From NCBI GenBank assembly GCA_951406725.2, contig OX597838.1:13578001-13642000 (forward strand): DNA of 64,000 nucleotides, read 5' to 3'. Shown here one piece after another: positions 11,532-24,774 of the stretch (the stretch's first letter is position 1; each line of letters opens with the position of its first letter). The notes under the pieces are model-generated. The model made no database searches and had not been told where the DNA came from. It was given only the letters and a program-made list of their open reading frames with translations. Source of the stretch: Octopus vulgaris. Taxonomy: Eukaryota. The position numbers and the translations under genes are program-made.

Positions 11532-11571
11532 AATAAAACACATTTTATACCATTTTCAACCTAGAAATAAA
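11532..11571 (+). terminator. Candidate TCHP polyadenylation signals
   Basis: First AATAAA hexamers I see after the stop (11532, 11566), followed by T-rich sequence; would imply a 3' UTR of about 3 kb. Confidence 0.3.
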
Positions 11572-13329
11572 AATTGAATTTCAACAGTGAAATATATTTT
11601 AACTCCTGCCTGCTTTGTTAACTAAAACTCTATACGAGATAGAGAATTAAATACATTGATTTTGTTTATCATATTTTTAATACTTTTATTGAATATCATA
11701 TTTTTTTTTTTTTTTCACTTATTTCAGTCGTTACACTGTGGCCATGCTGGGGCACTACCTCGAAAATTTTTAGTCGGATGAAATAACACCATTACTTATT
11801 TTTTTTAGTCAAATGAAACAACCCCAGTACTTATATTTTTCAAGCCTGGTACCCATTCAATTGGTCTCTTTTGCTGAAGCGCTAAGTTACAGGGTATGTA
11901 AATGCACCAACATTGGTTGTCAAGTGATGGTGGAGGTCAAAGAGACACATATGTATGACAGGCTTCTTTCAGTTTCCGTGTACCAAATCCACTCACAAGG
12001 CTTTGGTCAGCCTGAGGCTATAGTAGAAGACACTTGCCCATGGTGCTATGCAGTGGGGAAGCATAGATTTTGCTTTTGTATTACTGCCACTGTTTTGAGA
12101 AGGCACATGGGTGTTGCATTCATGATTGTTAGATCATCATCATCATCATCGTTTAACGTCTGCTTTCCATGCTAGCATGGGTTGGACGATTTGACTGAGG
12201 ACTGGCGAACCAGATGGCTGCACCAGGCTCCAGTCTGATCTGCCAGAGTTTCTACACCTGGCTGCCCTTCCTAACGCCAACCACTCCAAGAGTGTAGTGG
12301 GTGCTTTTATGTGCCACCGGCATGAGGGCCAGTCAGGTAGTACTGGCAGTGGCCATGCTTAAATGGTGCTTTTTATGTGCCACCTGCACAGGAGCCAGTC
12401 CAGCGGCAACAACCTTGTTCGAGTGTTTTTTTCATGTGCCATAAAGGCGACGCAGGTAACGATAATGCTCGAATGATGTCTTTTACGTGCCACCAGCACG
12501 GAGGCCAGCTTGTTGCTCTGGCAATGATCACACTCGTATTGTATTCTTAGTGCTTTTAAAGGCGTTGAGCTGGCAGAAACGTTAGCACGCCGGGCGAAAT
12601 GCTTTGTGGTATTTCGTCTACCGCTACGTTCTGAGTTCAAATTCCGCCGAGGTCGACTTTGCCTTTCATCCTTTCGGAGTCAATTAAATAAGTACCAGTT
12701 ACGCACTGGGGTCGATATAATCGACTTAATCCGTTTGTCTGTCCTTGTTTGTCCTCTCTCTGTTTAGCCCCTTGTGGGTAGTAAAGAAATAGGTATTCTT
12801 AGTGCTCCACTAGCACGGATGCCAGTCATGGCTTTAAATCCCAGCCTGAGTAGTTCATTGTGTTTTTGAGCAGAATTCTTCAATTCATGTGGTTCCAGCT
12901 CACTTAATTGTGTAAACGAATTCCAGCAATACCTGGGAAGTTAATCCTGTGATGGACAGGTAATACATCTCATTCAGTGGGTCTGTTGTCAAGTCAGTCA
13001 TTTATATGCCATGGAAATTGGGTTAAGCTCCGACCTTATGAGGCTCAGGGCCCATGACTGATCTAAGTATGTTATCATCATCATCATCGTTTAACGTCTG
13101 CCTTCTATGCTGGCATGGGTTGGACAGTTTGACAAGAGCTGGCCAGGCAGGAGCCTGCACCATGCTTCTGTGTCTGTTTTGGCATAGTTTTCACAGCTGG
13201 ATGCCCTTTCTAACACCAACTGTTCTGTAGAGTGGTCTCTGTGTTTTTTATGTGGCACTCACATAGGCAATGTCAATTTTGGCATGGTTTTTACGGCTGG
13301 ATGCCTCTTTGTGCTTCATGCATGTCTGG

Positions 13330-13800
13330 AGAGTTAACAACTTCTTGATCCACTCATCCACACCTCTACACATTGGAGTGTTCTGTCCCTTGTTTTGTAC
13401 TGAAAGCTTGCAGTGAATTTTAGCATCTGAAAAACCTTCAGACCAGAGATCTGGTATGGTTTTTACAGCTGGATGCCTCTTTGTGCTTCATGCTTGTCTG
13501 GAGAATTAAAAACTTCTTGATCCACTCATACACACCTCTACACATTAGAATGTGCTGTCCCTTGTTTTGTACTGAAAGCCTGCAATGAATTCTAGCCTCT
13601 GAAAAACCTTCAGACCAGAGAAATCAGATCACTGATCTATGGCCTTCCCTGGTGCACACTGCCATCTGAGTGGCCATGTTTACTCTGTAACACAAGAATA
13701 AAAAGTGGAGCAATGAAGATCAAACTTTGGTGACATCGCCACAAAAGTACCATCTTTTAGTATTGATGAAAGTGCAGATAAGTTTTGACTTTCCCTCATA
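13330..13800 (-). mobile_element. Mariner 5' end with decayed transposase N-terminus, partly duplicated in tandem
   Basis: Minus strand TATGAGGGAAAGTCAAAA TIR-like end, then MATQMAVCTREGHRSVI*FLWSEGFSEARIHCRL...VYEWIKKF (mariner HTH region). Confidence 0.75.
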
Positions 13801-14082
13801 TATATATATGGCAGATGCCAGCGCCGCCTGACTGGCGTCTGTGTCGGTGGCACGTAAAAGCACCAACCGATCGTGGCCGTTTGCCAGCCTCCTCTGGCCC
13901 CTGTGCCAGTGGCACATAAAAAACACCCACTACACTTACGGAGTGGTTGGTGTTAGGAAGGGCATCCAGCTGTACAAACACTGCCATTGGAGCCTGGTGC
14001 AGCCTCCATGGCTTACCAGACCCCGGTCGAACCATCCAACCCATGCTAGCATAGAAAACGGACGTTAAATAAAAAATGATGA

Positions 14083-14133
<51 letters not shown>

Positions 14134-15918
14134 CTGATAGTATTTTCATTTTCCAGCAAGTATGGGCGACAACTGTGAACATGTTTCATATTTATTCTGA
14201 CCTCATCAGTGAGACATAAATTTCAGTATATTGGGTGAAGCAGTAACGGAAAAATGATTAAATAAGTGCATGAATTTGTACATTGGCTGATGTAGCAAAA
14301 CAGAAATTGCTGGGGAACAAAACAACTCAGAAAGACCATCTGAATAAAAGACAGGATGGCCATGGTTAGAACCGTTTTGATCATTTGTCTGAAAGGTCAA
14401 GGCTGGCCTTTCTGACGAACGATCAAACAGTTATACAACAGCTTCACAAATAAACCGCATCATAATGAGGATGTCAACAGGGATGTTGATGATATTAATG
14501 GGAAGATGTCAACAGAAAATTCAAGGCAAATATCTTGATTGCTATGTGTGTATGAATGTGTGATGTATACACATATATACACTTTTCTGGTTCTAATTTG
14601 TGTAGTTATTTATGTTGGCGTTTGAGTATCACAGAGTGCAAATATATTGTGTATATTATGTATAATATATATATAAGGGGAGAAGGTATGTATGAGTACC
14701 TGTATATATATATATGTATGTATATATGTGTGTATATATGATTTCATACAGGATGTCTCCCTCTCGCCTCATATTTGAAGGAAATATGCATCCTGTGTCA
14801 TGTCAAATCACATCACCACTCTCACACAAACATGTAAATTATAATCTACATACATTCATACACACATACATGTATGCATGCATACATATATACATACATA
14901 TATACATACTTGTATGCGTACATACATACATATGCATATATATAGATATAGATAGATAGATAGATAGATATGCATACACACAGACAAATATGAAGTCTGG
15001 AGAATATATATTATGAAATTATTAATTGAAATAACTTTACATGTGTTTCAGTGACCACTGACATTTATGTTATCAAGCTGGCAGAATCGTTAGCACACTG
15101 GGCGAAATGCTTAGCGATATTTTGTCTGCCATTACATTCCAAGTTCAAATTCTGCCGAGGTCGACTTTGCTTTTCATCCTTTTGGGAGTCAATAAATTAA
15201 GTACCAGTTATGCACTGGGGTCGATGTAATCGACTTAATCCCTTTGTCTATCCTTGTTTGTCCCCTCTATGTTTAGCCCCTTGTGGGTAGTAAAGAAATA
15301 GGCATTTCGTCTGCCATTACGTTCCAAGTTCAAATTCTGCCGAGGTCAACTTTGCCTTTCATCCTTCCGGGGTCGATAAAATAAGTACCAGTTACGCACT
15401 GGAATCAATGTAATCGACTTGATTCGTCTGTCTGTCCTTGTTTGTCCCCTCTATGTTTAGACCCTTGTGGGCAATAAAGAAATAAGAATATTTACGTAGT
15501 TTTGGATGTGTGTATCTGTTTGTGAGTTTGTTTATTTCACATCTATTTTTCTATCTTCACATTGGTTGGGCAAATATGTTATTTGAGGCATCACTTTCTA
15601 CTTTGCAGACCAACTCAGTACAAAATTCTCCTGTTTACCTGTTACATACAAAGGCTACCTTCAAAGTTAGCTTACCTCTGATCTCACTACACCTCTTGTG
15701 CATCTGTTGTTTACACAGGGATTTTACACTAAGGAGTTTCTGCACACTCTTTTCCGGCATACCGAGCTTGACCATTTCCTTGATGTCACCAGGGTCCTGT
15801 CTCCTTTTCTAGTTCACCTAACTTTAGCCTTGGTTAAGCTTACTTTAAGATTCATGTCTAGAATTTCTTTTCAAATCTTCCTGCAGGTGCAGATATATAT
15901 ATATATGTTTATATATAT

Positions 15919-16025
<107 letters not shown>

Positions 16026-16159
16026 GTGTAGTTATTTATGTTGGCGTTTGAGTATCACAGAGTGCAAATATATTGTGTATATTATGTATAATATATATAT
16101 AAGGGGAGAAGGTATGTATGAGTACATATATATATATAAGGGGAGAAAGTATGTATGAG

Positions 16160-16196
<37 letters not shown>

Positions 16197-16985
16197 GTAT
16201 ATATATAAGTGTGTGGGGGGGATGTCTCTATTTACCCACCCACCACTTCACAACCAGTGTTAGTGTGGTTACATTCCTGTAATGTAGCAGTGTAGGTGGG
16301 GGACAAACACAGATGCAAAGACACTCACACACATACAAACACACACACGCACACACACACAAATATACTGGGCTTCTTTCAGTTTCCATCTACCAAATCC
16401 ACTCGCAAGGCTTTGGTCGGCCCAAGGCTATAATAGAAGACATTTTTCCAAAGGTGCCACACACAGTGGGACTGAACCCAGAGTCATGCGGTTGGGAAGC
16501 AAGCTTCTTACCACATGGTCATACCTATCCACTCCATAAGGGAAAACATCATATGTAGATAGTAGGTAGTAATTGAAATGATGTAATGTTCATGATGACG
16601 CTGGTGGCAGAGTTTGTGATGTTGATGATGATGATGGTGGTTGTGATGGTGATGGTGATGGCGATGTTTGCGGGTTGAGATAATGGTGAGGGTGATGGCG
16701 ATGGTATTGATGCTGGTGCTGGTGATGACATTGATGGTTAGTCTATGAGATTTCACTTCACGACACAGCAGCAGCTTCATAGTTACAGACATTCCATAAT
16801 ATTGTGTTGTATGGGAGAATAGTAGTAGAGGTTGGTGGAAAAAAATATCTGTGGTAGAAACATAACACTACCCCTCAATCTCTCCCCCACCCCCCTAAAG
16901 TGTCACAGCCAGACAAGACTATAGAAGGTCAAACTAGTTCTTTAACAGATGTCTCTCACACACATACACACGAATTTATACTCTG

Positions 16986-17032
<47 letters not shown>

Positions 17033-17199
17033 AAGAACACATGCACACACACACATACACATGTATAGATATGTACATATATGTATGTGTGTGTATGTAT
17101 ATATGTATATATGTAAATATATGTGTGTGTGCATATCAGTGTATAAATATGTGTATGTACATGTATGCATATATATGTATGTATATATATGTGTGTGTG

Positions 17200-17237
<38 letters not shown>

Positions 17238-17410
17238 CATATACATGTATGCATATATATGTATGTGTATATATGTATGTGTATATATATATATGTGCAT
17301 ACATATATATATATATACATGTATATATATGCATATATATTTATATATGTATATGAATACACATATACACATGCATATGCATGTGTGTGATTATATACAT
17401 ACATACACAC

Positions 17411-17481
<71 letters not shown>

Positions 17482-18856
17482 TATGATAACTAAAAAGGAT
17501 TAATAAATCCAGTCAGATATCTTGAAAGCCCTCAGTGTCAAATAAACTTGGTTAACTAAACATCAAACAGTCAAATATCAAGAAATTCAGAGTAGATGAC
17601 AGCAAAGGCAAGACTGGAGAAAATCACATCTTTAATTGATGATTATACCATATATTTCTGTCAATCATTTCTTTTGTGTCAACATATTCAGATATAGTAA
17701 AAAAGGTACAAAATAGCAGTCAAATTAATATATCTGAAAATATATGCTAACACAATGTTATCAAGGCAATCCAAAATGAGCTAAATTCAAAGTGAATTGA
17801 AATAATATCTCCAATAAATGAATGTATATAGAAACAATGTTAAGATGAAATATAATATTCTAAGAAATGCTAGTTTAGTATTTAGACTTGTGACACCAGT
17901 AGATAACGGAAAACTAAAAAAATATACAGAAATTCTATGTCATGACATTTAGTTATCTTGCTATTAAATATGCAAAAATTTATTAGATAATAATTATGCA
18001 ATTATAATTAATGCATTATGTACTATCAAAATATTTAAATGTTTTTATCTTCTATATTTATGAGAACATTTCAATGTAAAGTCGTTTCTACAATTGAATA
18101 ATTCTAATTTTGAAGTAATCATACAATACATTTCTTCTAGGCAATGATCACTTTTAATTAGTTATGTACAATGGTGCATAACTAATAATGGACCACTTTA
18201 TATCATAGCCAATTTTCCTGTCTTTTAAATGCTAAATGCATTTACTAAGATTCGTAGAATTACATATTTTTCTAAACTTAAATGAAGGAGAATGGTTATG
18301 TAATCTAAATTTCCAAATTGTAGCAGAAAAGAACTTATGTAAATATATCAAAAGAATGTGTTATAATACTGTTCCACATATACAAAAACAGCCATACCAA
18401 CAATCCAACAAACCTCCATCATCAGCTGCCTCACGGATATCATTATGATTTTGACATCTGGGAAGAACCATTCAATCCGGTTATGTCAACAGCACTAACA
18501 TAAATGTTTGTTCCTTCTCCAGCCATGCCTGACTCATAAGGGCCGGTTTCCCGCTAAGTTACGGGGATGTAAATACACCAGCATCGGTTGTCAAGCAATG
18601 TTGGGGGAACAAACACACACATACAAACATATACACACACATACATATATGCATATACATATATACGACGAGCTTCTTTCAGTTTCTGTCTACCAAATCC
18701 ACTCACAAGGCTTTGGTCAGCCCGAGGCTATAGTAGAAGACAGTTGCCCAAGGTGCCACACAGTGGGACTGAACCTGGAACCATGTGGTTGGTAAGCAAG
18801 CTACTTACCACACAGCCACTCCTACGCCTATGTATATATATATATATATATATATA

Positions 18857-19155
18857 CTAGCAACATCGCCCGGCGTTGCTCAGGTTTGTAAGGGAAATAA
18901 CTATATAAGCATTTTTAGAGAGTTACTTCCCTTATATAATAGCAAAACAATGCATTAAAAATGGGAAAAAATGATGGTAAATTTTTTTTTAAATCGTAGA
19001 CTCATCATAGACGCGCGCTAATACCCAGAAGGGCTCGATATGAATCATGACTATAAGATACCCGCTTTTAGTTACACTGCACTGCAAAATGTGGGAGTAG
19101 TTAGAAATCTAAATCGTAGGAGACAGACACACAACTTCACTTTTATATATAAAGA
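18857..19155 (-). mobile_element. Non-autonomous Helitron
   Basis: Same family as 5442-5732; TC...hairpin...CTAG on the minus strand, in an AT context. Confidence 0.82.
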
Positions 19156-19160
19156 TATAT

Positions 19161-19440
19161 ATACAAGGAGGTAGCCAAAAGTAAACGGAAACGGTTTTAA
19201 CACTTTAGTAATGGTCACTTATTGCTTGAAGACCGACCTTGTTCAGGATGACCACTGACCTCCTGAATGAATGAAATCATCACGAAAATTCATGAACTGA
19301 TCTTAGAAGAGCATCGCTGAACAATTGACGAACTTGTTGATCTGACTGGTGTGTCCTGGAGCTCCTGCCAATGAATTCTGAGTGAGGAATTGCAAATGGA
19401 AAGAGTTTCAGCAGAATTTGTGCCTTGTTTGCTCACAGAC
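19161..19440 (+). mobile_element. Mariner transposase relic
   Basis: LEDRPCSG*P...KIHELILEEHR*TIDELVDLTGVSWSSCQ*ILSEELQMERVSAEFVPCLLT (DxPRSGRP and WVPxxL-like motifs) with stops. Confidence 0.8.
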
Positions 19441-19574
19441 AACTTTGGTCGGCCATGACTATCGTAGAAGACACTTGCCCAAGTTTCCACGCAGTGGGAC
19501 TGAACCCGGAACCATGTGGTTGGTAAGCAAGCTACTTACCACGCAGCCACTCCTGCACCTATTAGTATAACAAA

Positions 19575-19635
19575 TCATCATCAATGCTGTCATAATCATC
19601 ATCACCATCATCATCATGACCATCACAATCATACA

Positions 19636-19674
<39 letters not shown>

Positions 19675-20290
19675 TGCAATCATACACATCATCATCATTA
19701 TCATCATCATCATCGCCATTCTCAACATCATTGTTCTCATCATCCTCATCACCATCATCATCATCACCATCATCCTCATCATTGTCATCACTATCATTGT
19801 CATATCTTGTATGGCTGCTGTTCACCGATCTTTCTCTCATCCCTTCTCATTACAGCCTCACTCAACACTTTGCATTCCACTTTAACCACACTGATTTTTT
19901 TTTCCCCTCTGACCACACAACTGGTCACTCATCCATCCCAAATCTCTATTCCACACACATTACCGTCCCTGCTGACCATCCATCCATCTTGCACTCTCCC
20001 TCCCATACGCAACACCCTCTCTCCTCTCACCAAACTCCATCCAATCTTGACCCTCACCACACTCCACACTCCCTCTCTCCACTCTACTCTTCCTTCTTAC
20101 TACACCTCCATCCAATCTTGACTCTCACTGCACTCAACTGCACTCAACCCCCACTCAACTTCTCTCCCTAATCTATACATGCCTCTCATTACACTCCACT
20201 CACTCCACTCCACTCCACTCCACTCACTCCACTCCACTCCACTCACTCCACAACACTCCACTCACTCCACTCCACTCTACTCCACTCCAA
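19575..20290. repeat. (CAT)n tract followed by C-rich low-complexity sequence and (CACTC)n
   Basis: Directly visible. Confidence 0.85.
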
Positions 20291-20720
20291 AAGACCATTT
20301 AGCATCAATCTTTTCTCATCTCTTACATAAGCTCGTCTACACCCGACCAGCCACCCAGCCACCCACCCACCTTCACTACACCACCCTCTACTCCACTTTC
20401 TACAGACTGCTTCCCCCCTGCTCCCCCCAACCACCACCACCACCACTACACCAACCCAAACTCTGATCTGAAAAAGCTCCAAATTAATGTTAGTGTTACT
20501 GTTTTAGTGGTTTATTGTGTCACACCAGTTAAAGAGTCACATGACTTCTTCATAACAGCACCTACAGCAGCAGCAGCAGGAGCAGCAACTGAGAACAACT
20601 ACATCAAAAGGGGGGAAAAAGACCCCCATCTTTCTTCCCCTCTCACCAACTATAAATTATAGTAAACAGCTGGAAGACTATTTTACAAGTTTAGTCTAGA
20701 AGAAATTTGCTAGTTTCAAA

Positions 20721-20763
<43 letters not shown>

Positions 20764-20782
20764 ATATCTATCTATCTATCTA

Positions 20783-20844
<62 letters not shown>

Positions 20845-21064
20845 ATCATCATCATCATTTAGCGTCCGTTTTCCATGCTAGCATGGGTTGGACGGTTCAA
20901 CTAGGGTCTGTGAAGCCGGAAGGCCGCATCAGGCCCAGTCAGATCTGGCAATGTTTCTACAGCTGGATGCCCTTCCTAACGCTAACCACTCCGTGAGTGT
21001 AGTGGGTGCTTTTTACGTGCCACCCGCACAGGTACCATATGTATATATATATTTATATATACAT

Positions 21065-21119
<55 letters not shown>

Positions 21120-21577
21120 GTAAAAAGTGAAAAAACTACAGAGGGCTTGTTTTAAAAGGTTAAAGAATATATATTTGAGTCAATATGTCTGAAGAATGTT
21201 ATAAATTTTTTTCTTACAATGACATAGTTTATAAAGTACAAAGTGAGATAGGGGTTATGAGTGCAACCCACTATGGGATATCAGTTATCCAATATACTGG
21301 TGGTGAAGCACCCAAAAGGCAAATACATAAATGCTTATAATTGCAATGCAATTAATTCATTTATTGTATTAGATGAGCGAAGGTAAAATATTTTACCTCA
21401 AATTCATAATACAAATAAGAAAATGGAGGAACAGATTCCTTTCAATCATCAACTTACAGATATTACCAATTCATATTATTTATTAACTACTTAAATAGGA
21501 ACATCCAAATCCAACAGAATAAAACAATATACATCAATAAGTAAGATAATACCATAAAAATAATACACATAAAATGG

Positions 21578-21702
21578 ATCTTACAGCTGTTTCAGCCTGT
21601 AGATAAAGTATCTCATTCTGCCTATATTAGTCATATGTATTGAGGTAATATGCAGTTAAAAATGAGTTACATATATACATATCTCAAGGCCTCGTCAGAG
21701 AT
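21578..21702 (-). ncRNA. Type I hammerhead ribozyme motif with extended helix II (Penelope-like)
   Basis: Minus strand AUCU-CUGACGA-GGCCU-UG-AGAUA...UAUCU-AC-AGGCU-GAA-ACAGCUGU-A-AGAU: canonical core, helix I AUCU/AGAU, palindromic helix III, GUA site. Confidence 0.7.
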
Positions 21703-21764
21703 TAATCTTCAGTCTACCAAATTTTACTAACAAGGCCTGGAGCTCTAGCAGAAGACACTTATAA

Positions 21765-22062
21765 TAATAATAATAATGAAATCATTGTATACAGTGCTCA
21801 GCTGCACCACAACTTGTCAAAAAGTGCGTATAAAGTATATGTAGTAATATACAAATGTCTGGAAAGCGAACAGTGTATGAGTCAGATACATGCTTGTGTG
21901 TGTATGGATGGGAGAAAATCAAGTGTAGTGTTGGCGAATCTCAGGAAGCATGGAAGTTTTGAAGGATGCAGTGCTCCGACAACTAACAACTGATGCTGGC
22001 AGTCTGTTCCATTCTTCAGCAACTCTTAGCATGAAAAAAATGTTTCTGAAAGTCATGGGAGA
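21765..22062 (-). mobile_element. CR1-group LINE 3' end
   Basis: Minus strand HDFQKHFF...LRVAEEWNRLPASVV (FFxxRVxxxWNxLP), followed by 3' UTR and an (ATT)n tail. Confidence 0.65.
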
Positions 22063-22409
22063 GCAATGGGACTGAACCGAAGACCACATGGTTGGGAAGC
22101 AAGCTTCTTAACCATTCAGCTATGCCTATGCATATGTGCAAGTCACTAATCTTTTGAATAACTTTGTCCCAAATCATGTTCCTAGTTTTGCAATCAGAAC
22201 ATTTTTCACTTCGCCAGTAAAATACAGGTCTTTTTTTTCTCATTTTCTGTTAACGACATAAGGAAGTTCTTTAACCCTTCAGCACATAAACCAGTTATAT
22301 CCGGCCCAAGAATTTCAAACTGTTTTATGTTCAAACCCGTCAGATTTGGTTTTTCACTTCTCTAAAATGTCACCATCATCTTCATCATCATCATCAGCAG
22401 CAGCAGCAT

Positions 22410-22460
<51 letters not shown>

Positions 22461-23069
22461 CGCAGGAGTGGCTGTGTGGTAAGTAGCTTGCTTACCAACC
22501 ACATGGTTCCGGGTTCAGTCCCACTGCATGGCACCTTGGGCAAGTGTCTTCTACTATAGCCTCGGGCCGACCAAGGCCTTGTGAGTAGATTTGGTAGACG
22601 GAAACTGAAAGAAGCCCGTCGTATATATGTATATATATATGTGTGTGCATGTATATGTTTGTGTGTCTGTATTTGTCCCCCTAGCATTGCTTGACAACCG
22701 ATGCTGGTGTGTTTATGTCCCCGTCACTTAGCGGTTCTGCAAAAGAGACCGATAGAATAAGTACTGGGCTTACAAAGAATAAGTCCCGGGGTCGAGTTGC
22801 TCGATTAAAGGCCGCAGTCAAATGACTGAAACAAGTAAAAGAGTCTATATATATACATACATATATACGACGGGCTTCTTTCAGTTTCCATCTACCAAAT
22901 CCACTCACAAGGCTTTGGTTGGCCCGAGGCTATAGTAGAAGACACTTGCCCAAGGTGCCACGCTGTAGGACTGAACCCGGAACCATGTGGTTCCTAAGCA
23001 AGCTACTTACCACACAGCCACTGTGTATGTGGGCATGTATACCAGCATAAATGTGTCTATACGAAACAT

Positions 23070-23565
23070 TGATGTGTATGTGTGTTAGTATGTGTGTGCG
23101 TTTGTACTTATGTACGTGTGTCTGTGTGTATGTCTGTACGTGTGTTTGTGTGCATGTACGTGTGTGTGCGTGTATGTCTGTACGTGCGTGTATGTCTGTA
23201 CGTGCGTTTGTGTGCATGTACGTGTGTGTGTGTGTGTATGTATGTATGTCTGTACGTGTGTTTGTGTGCATATACGTGTGTGTGTGTATGTATGTATGTA
23301 TGTACGTGTGTTTGTGTGCATGTACGTGTGTGCGTGTATGTATGTCTGTACGTGTGTCTGTGTGTATGTACGTGTTTGGGTGCATGTACGTGTGTCTGTG
23401 TATGTATGTGTGTCTGTGTGTATGTATGTTTGTGTGCATGTACGTGTGTCTGTGTATATGTATGTTTGCACGTGTTTGTGTGTGTATATGTGTGTGTATG
23501 TGTGTGTGTATGTGTGTGTATGTGTGTATGTATGTTAGCACGTGTATGTGTGTGTGTGTGTGTAT
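23070..23565. repeat. GT-rich degenerate micro/minisatellite
   Basis: Repeats of TGTACGTGTG and TGTATG. Confidence 0.85.
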
Positions 23566-23814
23566 CATTGAGTAAGTACTGATGTGATGTCATGTCGAGA
23601 GCCAGAGATGCTATAAAGTACGCGCGCGTGTGTGTGTGTGAGTGCGTGTACATGTATATGTGTGTGTGCGCGTACATGTATATGTGTGTGTGTACATAGG
23701 GCGAGTGTAAGTGTAATGCGGTGTCGTGTGGGGTGTGGTGGTGGTGAGAAAGAGAGGTGGGGGGGTAAATAGTGTTTAGTTTGTCATCCCAGATCCCAGT
23801 CCATCACAGCAGTA

Positions 23815-24435
23815 TCAGTTTGTCTGTCACTAAGGTCGTTTCTGTTGTTTCTTTGCCCCGTCTACTCCCTTATTATCTCTTCCATTCTCATCCCACCTCT
23901 CTCTCTCTTTCTCTCTGTCTACACACACACAGACACACACACACAAGTAAGACATAGGACAGAGACAGTTTTTCTCAACGAATATTCTCTGAGAAAAAGA
24001 AAATAATAATAAGAACTAAAATTAACCAAATAAACAAACAGTTTATAAACCTTCCCTACAGAGAAACACTCGTGCTCGCCTGTCCTAGAAAAGTTTGCAA
24101 GAATATCTCTCTCTCTCATCTTATTCTTTGAAAGAAACGAAGAGATTTTTGATAAAAAAGATAAGCAAAGAAAGAAAGAAAGAAAGAAAGATACGGAGAA
24201 AGAGTGCGGGAGATATTGAAAGTCTCAAAAACCCCTTTTTTGAGTAAAGAAAATAAAAAGGTGGGGAACAAAAGAGGGGAAAGAAACTGAAAAATACTTC
24301 AAAAGGCAAACGCACACACACACACAAAAGCAATAATAATAATAATAATAAAGAATCAAAGACGTCCAAATTCTTCACATTGGCTCTCTTTAGAGCTGTG
24401 TATAGGTTCCTTCTTTCCTTCAATTCCAAAGACAA
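23815..24435 (+). promoter_or_regulatory. Probable MMP transcription start region and long 5' UTR
   Basis: Inr-like TCAGTT at 23815; no ATG on the + strand for about 620 nt before the MMP start codon. Confidence 0.4.
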
Positions 24436-24774
24436 ATGGTTACTTTATTGCCGCCTCTGCCCATCTTACGGCGATGCTTGCCCCACGTTTTCTTTCTCTC
24501 GTCTTTCTTCTTCTTCTTTGTAAATTGTTCCACTGATGGAAGAACAACAACGAAAGGAATCGTCATACGGCACTTACTGTCGCAGACGGCGGCCACGGAC
24601 TTGGACGGCAGGAGTTCGCACCCGACCGAAGAAGCCCCAGTTGGTCTACTAGTCAGCACCGCTGCCGCCTCTGCTACCACCATTACTACTACAACCACCA
24701 CACCCGCCGACGTTAATGCGGGTGGTGATAGCGCTTGGGGTGGGATTTGGCCCAGGAACCACTTCGAAGGTGTG
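24436..24774 (+). CDS. Matrix metalloproteinase-like protein exon 1 (signal peptide and Thr/Ala-rich extension)
   Basis: caaATGG start; hydrophobic HVFFLSSFFFFFVNC; donor GTG/GTAAGT; phase 0, joins NYLIRYGYL. Confidence 0.8.

Noticed and set aside
14172-14215. Minus-strand CTGATGAG...GAAACATGT hammerhead-like string
   Set aside because: No helix II or helix I pairing; probably chance or heavily decayed.
16942-17493. [12 protein letters not shown] ORFs here and throughout the window
   Set aside because: Translations of (TA)n, (TG)n and (CA)n repeats.
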